From the NCBI GenBank assembly GCA_963422645.2, contig CAXXVO010000007.1, positions 224,001-288,000 of the forward strand: a stretch of 64,000 nucleotides of DNA, given 5' to 3'. Below, piece by piece: positions 10,457 to 18,785 of the stretch. Under the pieces are notes generated by a model. It did no database searches. It was not told the DNA's origin and was given only the letters and a program-made list of their open reading frames with translations. The stretch comes from Alphaproteobacteria bacterium. GTDB lineage: Bacteria; Pseudomonadota; Alphaproteobacteria; UBA828. The translations under genes and the position numbers were made by a program. Each line of letters starts with the position of its first letter. Positions within the stretch are counted from its first letter, which is position 1.

Positions 10457-10496
10457 CAGCGCTGTACAGCGCTGATATCACGTTATAATATGTGAT
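10457..10496. promoter_or_regulatory. Adjacent palindromes just upstream of porin 1 (candidate operator/promoter)
   Basis: Perfect CAGCGCTG-TA-CAGCGCTG followed by ATCAC-N10-GTGAT enclosing TATAAT. Confidence 0.35.
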
Positions 10497-10933
10497 TCTG
10501 AGGCCCTGACGCAGTCCGTCCGATAATTTCCGTAAGCGCTGGGGAAGCGGATTGATTCCAACGTAAGCGTAGTCATGCGTACCCTTGTCGCCCAAATCCT
10601 ACATGTCGACGGCGGGAGCGGCTCGCGATGGGGAGCCGCATCCCATAGGCGGCATCGCATCTTGCCGGGCTAGAACGGGGAAGGAGAGCGAGGTCGGGTC
10701 AGGACCTGTGGGCCGGATTGGTGGTACAGGCATGGCGGAAAGGTGCGAGCGTGGCATTTCGGTCACAGTCTTGGAGGAAAACGACCGACCGTTAGAATTC
10801 CGCCACGCAATTTGGTTGCGCGAGGCGGGTGCGTGCCTCATTCTCCGGCGGCAGTGGGTTGGGACCGGTCCGGAGATAGGGGCGGTATGAGACCCCACAG
10901 CTTTGGACCCAATGAAACAGAGGGGATAGAAGG

Positions 10934-11944
10934 ATGAAGCGAGTTCTTCTGAGCACCACGTCACTCGTCGCCGCCAGCTTGTTGGTCACCAGCGTCGCCT
11001 ACGCCGGCGACGAAGAAATGGCCGAAGGCGAGATGATGGCCGAAGAAGAGATGATGGAAGAGATGATGATGGCCGAGCCCATCTCGGTCGGCATCAGCGG
11101 GACCGCCTTTGCTGCCATGAGCGTTTCGGGCGAGGATGACTCACCAACGATGTGGCAGCACTTCGAGCCCGTGATCTCCGGATCTGCGACCATGGACAAC
11201 GGCCTGACCTTTGGCGTCTCCATGGTGATCGATATAGGAAGTACTTGGTCTAATTCCGGAATCGCCTACGACCGCCATATTAGCGTCGGTGGTGCCTTCG
11301 GCGACATCGAACTTGGCAGACGCAAGAGCGCGAGATCGCAAATGAAGATTGGCTCTGCGGGTGCAACCACCAACTTCGGCGTCAACGGGCCTTACTGGGG
11401 CGGCGTCGCCGCGACCGTCGACACCTCCGGCGGTCGGGTTGACACGATCGTGTACAAGTCTCCCTCCGTCGGCGGCATCCAGCTCGGGTTGAGCTACGCT
11501 CCGGATGCCGGCACTGCGGATGACCAGGCCTCAGCAGCCGCTACGTTCACGCAGGATCTTGGGGACGCCAGCGTCAGCATCAACGTCGGCTACGAGACCC
11601 GAGATGCGGGTGGCGCGTCGCCGAGCGATTTGAATGCCGGGGCGTCAATTTCGGTCGGCGACGTCACCCTCAGCGGTGGCATGAAAGATACCGATGACGG
11701 CGCAGGCGGCGGAGGGATGCTGATGGACGTCGGAGCCAGCGTCGCCATGGGCTCGCTCACCCTCAGTGCCGGATGGGCCAACTCGGATACGACCGACATG
11801 TTCGCGTTCGCCGCCGCCTATCCGCTGGGCGAAGGCGTGCAACTCGGTATGCAGGTCGACTTCGGCGAGGAACCGATGGACCCGGACGGCAACGCAGACG
11901 GCGAATGGGTGCAGTTCATGATCGGTACGGCTGTCAGCTTCTGA
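10934..11944 (+). CDS. Gram-negative porin, paralog 2
   Basis: Same motifs as paralog 1 (EPVISGSATMDNGLTFGV, WVQFMIGTAVSF). Confidence 0.88.
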   Translation: MKRVLLSTTSLVAASLLVTSVAYAGDEEMAEGEMMAEEEMMEEMMMAEPISVGISGTAFAAMSVSGEDDSPTMWQHFEPVISGSATMDNGLTFGVSMVIDIGSTWSNSGIAYDRHISVGGAFGDIELGRRKSARSQMKIGSAGATTNFGVNGPYWGGVAATVDTSGGRVDTIVYKSPSVGGIQLGLSYAPDAGTADDQASAAATFTQDLGDASVSINVGYETRDAGGASPSDLNAGASISVGDVTLSGGMKDTDDGAGGGGMLMDVGASVAMGSLTLSAGWANSDTTDMFAFAAAYPLGEGVQLGMQVDFGEEPMDPDGNADGEWVQFMIGTAVSF

Positions 11945-11966
11945 TCGGCCTTACCGACATAACCAT

Positions 11967-11996
11967 TGGGGGAGCGCTCCGGCGCTCCCCCAGTTT
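11967..11996 (+). terminator. Terminator hairpin of porin 2 (copy of the porin 1 terminator)
   Basis: GGGGGAGCGCTCCGGCGCTCCCCC with a weak T tail. Confidence 0.7.
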
Positions 11997-12041
11997 CGTG
12001 CTGGCAGGATCGAAGGGCTGGAGATTCAAGTCCGTTATGGC

Positions 12042-12077
12042 GCACCCGCTGAAAGAGAGCGCCTTTCCACGGCGCAC
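12042..12077 (-). repeat. 36-bp copy of the group II intron 5' end
   Basis: Identical to 12935-12970 (GTGCGCCGTGGAAAGGCGCTCTCTTTCAGCGGGTGC on the minus strand). Confidence 0.9.
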
Positions 12078-12970
12078 GTAGAGTCGAGGACTGGCGCGCC
12101 TGCTGTAGGGTCCGGTGGCGGTTCCGCCGCTTTCGCAGCGGGCCTCAGTCCGGCTCCCTTGGCCGCGTTTCCAGTCCCCGCTCTCCGAACCCGGCGTGCC
12201 CATTTCGAGCACCGGGCTCTCCAGCGGGATCATGCATCTCGCACACAGGCAAAGCTCACGGCGATTTCGCGCGTGATCGGAACCTCCGATCCGGTCGCAA
12301 GGGTGCGCATCCCCTCAGTCATCGCGTTCCATCCATCATCAGCCTTGACCGCCGGGCCTGTCGACGCCCCGACGGTACCGCGCAGATCTGCTCCGGGCGG
12401 CCCCTTCGCTTGCACTTGCATGTGATGCTGCCGGGATCTCCGGCCATTCTCGGGGTTACAGGCTTAGCCACTCCCTGGCCCTTCTCCCTTCAAGGCATCC
12501 CTCCTCACCTGAGGCCCCTTTCCTCGGCCGGCATTACCCGGCGTCCTCGGTCTTACGGGCCTCTCCGCCACCCTGACGGCCCGGCCTGTCCCTCGCGGGC
12601 TTCCGGTTGATGTGCGCGCACCACCGTCAGGGCTTCCCGTGTTGCTACTCTCTTCCTCTTCCGTGCGTGCCGACGCCACTACCCCGGCGAGCCGCGATCG
12701 GTGCACATATCGCTCTCTTCCCGACCGGCAACGGTCTTCCCCTTTTGGCAGGAGGGTCGACACTCGCATTACCCGATTCGAGGCCTGCTCGGCGTTCACT
12801 CACGTTCCGGCCCGCACGGTCGCTGAGCCACCCAACGGCGGCCCTCTTCCACCAAGGTGCTTCAGCCCATGTCGTCACCTCCATGAACCGCCCTGGCTGC
12901 TACCAACCGGAGCGACAGTTATTGGGCGGGATTTGCACCCGCTGAAAGAGAGCGCCTTTCCACGGCGCAC
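12078..12970 (-). mobile_element. ORF-less group II intron (IIB-like, 893 nt)
   Basis: 5' GTGCG; domain V at 12219-12187 (AGC triad, GAAA loop, AC bulge); 3' end CTCGACTCTAC; EBS1 TGCCAA and EBS2 TCGGGT complement the 5' exon; no RT ORF. Confidence 0.9.
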
Positions 12971-13050
12971 TGCCAACTCGGGTTAGGACCAAGCTCTGGC
13001 GAGCCCGCTCAATCCTTAAGATTGAAAACCGCCGAGATTCCCTCTGGGCC

Positions 13051-13485
13051 TCACCCGAAAGGGTCGCGTGTCACCAACTCCGGGAAGAGGGAGAAATCTC
13101 GGTCGTGCGTGAGCAATGCGTCAACGCCATGCGCAATGCAAACCGCAGCGATGCGGGCATCGTGGACAACCCCGCCCACTATATTCGGGCGGTTCACAAT
13201 CCGCTCCAAAATGCCAATGAAGTCGTCGGTTTCGCTGATCATTTGCTGCGAGGGCGACCCTGCCCAAGCCATGAATTGGCGCCAGGCGTGATCGGGCGCG
13301 GTCGCCTCATCCTTCCAGACGCGGCGGTTGGTCACGACGCTCAGGAACTCGTAGCAGCAGGGCCACGGTATCGCCCAAGCCCGATCACTTTCGGCGAGTC
13401 CAACCATGACAGAATGAGCCGCCTCGCCCAGACGCGACTCTCGTCGGTGCGCGTAAACCAGAATGTTGGTATCCACCGCGATCAA
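13051..13485 (-). CDS. vapC: VapC PIN-domain ribonuclease toxin
   Basis: IAVDTNILVYA, YEFLSVVT, HDARIAA, LTHDRDF; TTG start overlaps the antitoxin stop. Confidence 0.9.
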   Translation of the reverse strand: MIAVDTNILVYAHRRESRLGEAAHSVMVGLAESDRAWAIPWPCCYEFLSVVTNRRVWKDEATAPDHAWRQFMAWAGSPSQQMISETDDFIGILERIVNRPNIVGGVVHDARIAAVCIAHGVDALLTHDRDFSLFPELVTRDPFG

Positions 13486-13549
13486 CGGATGCTGCCTGGA
13501 TCGCTGTAGATTAGCTCGCGCAACTCCGGCCAGGAATAGCGACCCATAG

Positions 13550-13800
13550 CGTTCACCGCTGCGGTGCCGCGGCTTTGTCGCGGAAGTAACCATGGGTTGA
13601 GTCTGCGACAGCGAAGGGCTGAAGTGGCGGCGGGTGGGGTGGCCGAGGCCGTAGATCCACTGGCGTGCGAGAGCACCCGTCCCATAGCTTGGCCCGAACC
13701 GCGATCGACTTCTGTCACTGATGGCGCGGGGGTCCCCGCGACCTCGTTCGAGAGATTGAGACTTCGATGCGGTTCCGCCCTACCCGCAGTTCAAGGAAAA
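13550..13800 (+). ncRNA. Putative IS110 bridge RNA in the non-coding left end (boundaries approximate)
   Basis: Segments match left target (13679-13687), right-target reverse complement (13692-13700) and left donor (13748-13754), interspersed with GC-rich hairpins. Confidence 0.65.
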
Positions 13801-13814
13801 CGGGAGGGCTTCCA

Positions 13815-15233
13815 ATGCCGAGCAAGAGGAAACGGACGCAGCGTCTAAAGGTGGTGAACCCGGATTGCGCGGGGATCGACATCGGAAAGGACCGGCACTT
13901 CGTGGCGGTCGATCCGGCTCGGTCCTCGGACCCGGTGCGGGAATTCGGGGCCTTCACCCGTGATCTGCAGGCGATGGCAAGGTGGCTTGCGTCCTGCGGG
14001 GTGACGAAGGTGGCAATGGAATCGACCTCGGTCTACTGGATCCCTGTCTACGAGGTTCTGGAACGGGCCGGCTTCCAGGTGATGCTTGTGCCACCCCGGA
14101 TGACGAAGCAGATCGGCGGACGCAAGAGCGACGTCCTGGATTGCCAGTGGATCTGGCAGCTCATGTCCTACGGCCTTCTACGGGGTGCCTTCCGCCCCGG
14201 TGATGCGATCTGCCCGCTGCGCTCCTACGTGCGCCAGGCGAAGCGGCTGATCGAGGATCGATCCCGCTGCGTGCAGCAAATGCAGAAGGCCCTTACCGAG
14301 ATGAACGTCCGGTTGGACTCGGTGATATCCGACATCACGGGCAAGACCGGTGAGCGCATTCTGCGGGCGATTGTTGCCGGTGAGCACGACCCGGAGCGGT
14401 TGGCGTCGTTGCGGGATTCGCGGATCAAGGCGAGTGCGGACACGCTTGCCGCAAGCCTGCAGGGCACGTGGCGTGATGAGCACCTGTTCGCCCTTGAGCA
14501 GACGATGCAGCGCTACGACTTTCTCGAACTGCAGATCGAGGACTGCGAAGCGCAGATCATGGCGGAGATCGAGCAGTTGACGCCGATGGACGATCCGCCG
14601 GACGGCGGCACGCCCGACGACGCCCCCCAAGGCTCCGGTACGGGGGCAAAGACCTCCCCGAACACCGCAGGCAAGACGCTCCCCGCACGGGAGAAGGCGA
14701 TGGCGCAGGCGCTAAGAGAGATGATGTGCGTCGACCTCACTGCAATCCCGACCATCGGCGTCACCACCGCTCTGGTGATCGCCTCGGAGATCGGCCCGGA
14801 CTTCTCCGCCTTTCCCTCGGCTCAACACTTCTGCTCGTGGCTGGGGGTGGCGCCGGGGACCAGGATCAGCGGCGGCAAACCCTTGCCGGGCCGGTCGCAC
14901 AAGGCGGTCAATCGGGTTGGACAAGCTCTGCGCATGTCAGCCATGTCGGCACGCAACAGCCAGACCTTCATCGGCACCAAGCACCGGGCGCTTCTCGCCC
15001 GAATGGATACAGCGATCGCGATCACTGCCACCGCACGGGAACTTGCTTGCCTGATCTACCTGATGGTCACTCAGGGCGAGGAATATGTGGAGAAGGGCAT
15101 GGAAGCCTACGAGCAGCGGCGCCAAAACCGACGTTACTCACGCCTCGACCGGCAGGCTCAGAGACTCGGCTACAAGCTGGTTCGGCTGAACAACAGCGAC
15201 GAAGAAACAAGAGTGACGCAATCAGCGGCTTAG
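13815..15233 (+). CDS. IS110-family DEDD recombinase/transposase
   Basis: AGIDIGK, VAMESTSVYW, RKSDVLD, IPTIG, SWLGVAPGTRISGGK (catalytic Ser region); GGGAGG RBS. Confidence 0.95.
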   Translation: MPSKRKRTQRLKVVNPDCAGIDIGKDRHFVAVDPARSSDPVREFGAFTRDLQAMARWLASCGVTKVAMESTSVYWIPVYEVLERAGFQVMLVPPRMTKQIGGRKSDVLDCQWIWQLMSYGLLRGAFRPGDAICPLRSYVRQAKRLIEDRSRCVQQMQKALTEMNVRLDSVISDITGKTGERILRAIVAGEHDPERLASLRDSRIKASADTLAASLQGTWRDEHLFALEQTMQRYDFLELQIEDCEAQIMAEIEQLTPMDDPPDGGTPDDAPQGSGTGAKTSPNTAGKTLPAREKAMAQALREMMCVDLTAIPTIGVTTALVIASEIGPDFSAFPSAQHFCSWLGVAPGTRISGGKPLPGRSHKAVNRVGQALRMSAMSARNSQTFIGTKHRALLARMDTAIAITATARELACLIYLMVTQGEEYVEKGMEAYEQRRQNRRYSRLDRQAQRLGYKLVRLNNSDEETRVTQSAA

Positions 15234-15651
15234 GCTTGTGTTACTCGAGAGGATCGGGCGCATCTGGGTCGCCTGCCGTTAGATCAGGAAGCGTGTACGT
15301 GCGGCGACGGCATCTTGGCTGGAGTACATGGCGAAGTCCGTCCTCTACCACGGCGCGCAGCGGTCGCCCCGTCGCCCTGGCATGCCGCTTGGCACGCGCC
15401 AGCAGTTCGTCGTGGATGTCTAATGTCGTTTTCATGGCCCCACATTCTCCAATTGCACCCGAATCCCGATCAAGAGACTTGCGCCTGGTCGGCTGCCCTC
15501 GATCGCCTATAGGCTTCACGGAAGTCCTTCATCTTGGCCGCACCGTTCGGAGATCTTCCTATTCGTTCTGTTGATGGAGTTGGGGAAGAGGCACTCCACG
15601 TAAGGGACCGACGCGATGACCATACGGTACGTCCTTGTATTACTTCACAGT

Positions 15652-18417
15652 TCAGGCCTTCGGCCAGCTTACCGTCTCCATCGAAATCTTCTTCGTCACG
15701 TGATTCAGTAAGAAAGTCGCGGTCTCGACAGGGTCCCGTTCACTTGTATCGCCGGAGAGCACCCGCACGGCGTCAAGCGCGACACCATCAGCTTCGCCGC
15801 CGGGCTCCAGGGTAGCGAGAAACTCAGCCGCTTGCTCCACATCCCCGGGTTCGGTACCCGATGTCACAACTGCCAGGGAGCCGGCGGCAAGGCGGATTGC
15901 GTCGACGACCGGCACGCGTGCCTCCTCGGCGAAGCCTCCGCCGGCCAGAAGCTTTGCCGCCTTGAGCTTGTGGTCGGCACGATCCGCAAGCGCCCGCGCA
16001 CGGAGCAGGTGTAAGCGCCCGTCCTCCTTCTCCTGCTCTCCGGGTAAGGGGAATATCTCTTCCATCGTCTCGGTTGGAGAGGGGATCAGCCCCGATTGAG
16101 CCAGCCGCATCATCGATTCATGCGTCGCGGGATCGATCACCGTGACCGCGAGCTCCGTGAGCCCGGCCAGTCGTTTCTCTTCCTCACCGATCCTGTCGGC
16201 CGGAAGGTCGATCACAGCCAGGATCGCCGTTCCGTTCTCATGGCCGAATATGCGGTTCAACGCACTTCCATGATCGGCGATCAGCCTGTCCCGCAGAGCT
16301 TCTGCCGGGGAAACCGACGGTGCGGCGGCTTCATCGGGTTCCGCAGTCGGGTCGGCGCCCAGCACGGCCTTCAAGCGTTCCATGAAGGCCGTCCTGCTGG
16401 TCGGCAGCGGAATGTTGGCGAGGTCGCCGCGCCGGTCGAGAACACCCTCGGCCAAAGTCCGCTTCGCATCCAGCAGCCCCAGCATCCGGTGCTCGATGGT
16501 GTCCTCGCTCACCAGGTTGAAAACCCTGACCGTGCGATGCTGATGCTTGCGCCAAGCCCGCGCGATCCGCTGATCGAGCTTGGCAGGGTTCCAGGGCTGG
16601 TCCATGTTGATCACCGTGTCGGCGACCTGGAGGTTGAGACCGACACCGCCGGCCTCGGAGGACAGGAACAGGCGGCAGTCCGGGTCCTCCCGGAACCTCT
16701 TCAGCTCCTCGCGCCGCCTGGCCTGGGGCACGCTTCCTGTGTGCCAGGCAAACTCGATGCCGGCCTCGGTCGCGAAGGAGCGGACCAACTCCAGCATCCG
16801 CACCCATTCGGAGAAGACGATGATCTTGCATTCCGGATCGTCGAGCAGGTCGGGGACCAGCTTCTCGATCTCGTCCATCTTGGGACAGGCATCGTCCTCC
16901 CCGCCGAGGATGTGGAGCGTGTCGCAGACCATGCGCATGCAGGCGAGATACCTTTGCAGCATCTCGAACTCATCGGCCGTCAGAGGCCGCCTCTCCGCGA
17001 GCGCCGCGAGCCTCCTGGCCAGATACTCGTAATCCTCGTAGACCTTGGTCTGCGCGTCGGTCATGGGAACGAAGAAGGTCTTGGATGAGAGAGGGGGAAG
17101 CTCGGTCTCCACCTCATCCTTGCGGCGGCGAAGCATGACCGTGGATATGCGGTCCGCGAGACCCTCGAGATTCCGGAACCCTTCCGGGCGTCCCCTGCCG
17201 TCGAGCTCGTAGTACTCTCGGTTGAACCGGAACAGCGGACCCAGCAGTTCCGGGTCGAGGAATTGAACGATCGAATAGATCTCGTCTATGCGGTTCTCGA
17301 TCGGGGTGCCGGTAAGTACAAATGCGTACCTGCTCTCCATTTTCTTGATCGCCGTCGCGGTCTTGGTCTGCCAGTTCTTGATGCGCTGCGCTTCGTCGAG
17401 GATCACCACATCGGGCGCCACGGCATCGATCATCGCGCGCCCGTCCGCAACCACCTGCTCGTAGTTGCAGAGGGTGAAGAACGAACCCTTCGCATAGGCG
17501 GCGCTCCGCGACAGGAAGTTACCGTAGACTGCGGTGGCTGGCAGGTCGGAGAAGCGGGCGATCTGCTCCTTCCATTCGGCCTTGAGCGAGGCGGGCGAGA
17601 CCACGAGCACCCGTTCGACCCCGCGCAACTCGCGCAAGAGCGTGCAGGCCGCAATCGCCTGCACGGTCTTGCCGAGGCCCATGTCGTCGGCCAAGAGCGC
17701 GCGCTCGCCGAAGGCCAGATGCAGCGCCCCCTCGATCTGGTAAGGCAGGAGCGGGAGCTTGAGCATGTCCATCGAGCGCCGGCTCGCCTTGAGGTCTTCC
17801 TCGAAGCGGGCGCGCTCAAGCCGGCGCTCGCTTGCGGACCGCAGGGCGGCGACCCAGTTCTCCAGTCTGTGCGAGACGCGCAAGGAGTGGGCGTTCTCCC
17901 GCGCGATATCTCTCAAGGTCGCAAGAGCCTCGCTCGATCCCTGATGCAGCTCATCGAAGTGGCGCTCCACGTCTGCAACGAGAACGGGGTTGTCGCGCGC
18001 GAGGTTCTCGGGCACCGACAGGCGCAGGTTTCGTCTGTCGCGCTCGTCGAGAAAGACCTCAATGCGGCTGCTCTCCTCGCGCGAACGGACGCGCCTGGTC
18101 AGGCGCCGCAGCGCGCCTTCGATATGCTTGCACGTGCCGAGGCGGCTGGTCCTGTGATCCGGGCACCCGCAGGAGTTGATGCGCTCCCGGATGCTGCGGA
18201 TTTCCACGGTGTAGGAATTACCGGTGGAGGACGTCACCGTGTAATCGCAGAAGGGGCCGTTCGCCTCATCCACGGGCCGGACTTCGGCGGTCTCGGTTCG
18301 ACCGCGCCACTGCCGCCGCTTGATCTCCTCTTCGTCAGTCGAATGCCAGCCCTGAAAGGTGGGGGCGGTCGCCCGCTTTCGACGCCGCTTTCCCTGGTCT
18401 GCACGTTTCCCGGACAT
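15652..18417 (-). CDS. SWIM zinc-finger + SNF2-family helicase with HEPN-like C-terminal region
   Basis: CGCPD...CKH (SWIM); LADDMGLGKT, LDEAQRIKN, LTGTPIEN, GGVGLNLQ, QRIARAWR. Confidence 0.9.
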   Translation of the reverse strand: MSGKRADQGKRRRKRATAPTFQGWHSTDEEEIKRRQWRGRTETAEVRPVDEANGPFCDYTVTSSTGNSYTVEIRSIRERINSCGCPDHRTSRLGTCKHIEGALRRLTRRVRSREESSRIEVFLDERDRRNLRLSVPENLARDNPVLVADVERHFDELHQGSSEALATLRDIARENAHSLRVSHRLENWVAALRSASERRLERARFEEDLKASRRSMDMLKLPLLPYQIEGALHLAFGERALLADDMGLGKTVQAIAACTLLRELRGVERVLVVSPASLKAEWKEQIARFSDLPATAVYGNFLSRSAAYAKGSFFTLCNYEQVVADGRAMIDAVAPDVVILDEAQRIKNWQTKTATAIKKMESRYAFVLTGTPIENRIDEIYSIVQFLDPELLGPLFRFNREYYELDGRGRPEGFRNLEGLADRISTVMLRRRKDEVETELPPLSSKTFFVPMTDAQTKVYEDYEYLARRLAALAERRPLTADEFEMLQRYLACMRMVCDTLHILGGEDDACPKMDEIEKLVPDLLDDPECKIIVFSEWVRMLELVRSFATEAGIEFAWHTGSVPQARRREELKRFREDPDCRLFLSSEAGGVGLNLQVADTVINMDQPWNPAKLDQRIARAWRKHQHRTVRVFNLVSEDTIEHRMLGLLDAKRTLAEGVLDRRGDLANIPLPTSRTAFMERLKAVLGADPTAEPDEAAAPSVSPAEALRDRLIADHGSALNRIFGHENGTAILAVIDLPADRIGEEEKRLAGLTELAVTVIDPATHESMMRLAQSGLIPSPTETMEEIFPLPGEQEKEDGRLHLLRARALADRADHKLKAAKLLAGGGFAEEARVPVVDAIRLAAGSLAVVTSGTEPGDVEQAAEFLATLEPGGEADGVALDAVRVLSGDTSERDPVETATFLLNHVTKKISMETVSWPKA

Positions 18418-18785
18418 GGCTGCGCTCTTACCCCGAATATGCAGTCGCTCTCCGCACCGGCGCGACGGCGCCAAGCATAGCCTGTGTCCGCTGATGCGTC
18501 AGGCTGAGCCCCCACGGATTGCCTGCGGCAACGCCGCACGCGCCACGTTCGACTGCATGTACAACGACATCGTCATGAAGACGATGATGGTGGCCAAGCG
18601 CCGGGTGCGCCCGAACTCGGCGAAGCCGGTGACGAACATGGAGGGGCGTTGGGTCGAGAGGCGGACGCGCCGAGCAAAGCGAGCCAACGTTCACCCCGCC
18701 CGCACTTGCCGAAGAAGGAGCGTGTGGGCCATTGGCCGGATGCGATCCATGCCGGCGGCTGATCGTGGCGGCGGCGCACTCGTCG

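Larger units (their letters stand above)
13550..15251 (+). mobile_element. IS110-family element with AG core repeated at both junctions
   Basis: No TIRs; AG at 13548-13549 and 15250-15251; excision at AG restores the vapB frame. Confidence 0.85.
13482..15435 (-). pseudogene. vapB: VapB-type antitoxin interrupted by IS110 (pieces 15435-15252 and 13549-13482)
   Basis: MKTTLDIHDELLARAK RHH-like N-terminus; pieces rejoin in frame (252 nt, 83 aa) as ...DAPDPMGRYSWPELRELIY. Confidence 0.85.

Noticed and set aside
10475-10500. dif site
   Set aside because: Only loose resemblance to the XerD arm
12971-12990. Integron attC site (GTTAGGA/TAAC)
   Set aside because: No matching attC palindrome and no integrase; the sequence is explained as the intron IBS
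13542-15243. Alternative IS110 boundaries giving DPLE-RYSW
   Set aside because: Also in frame but has no shared core and does not explain the guide matches
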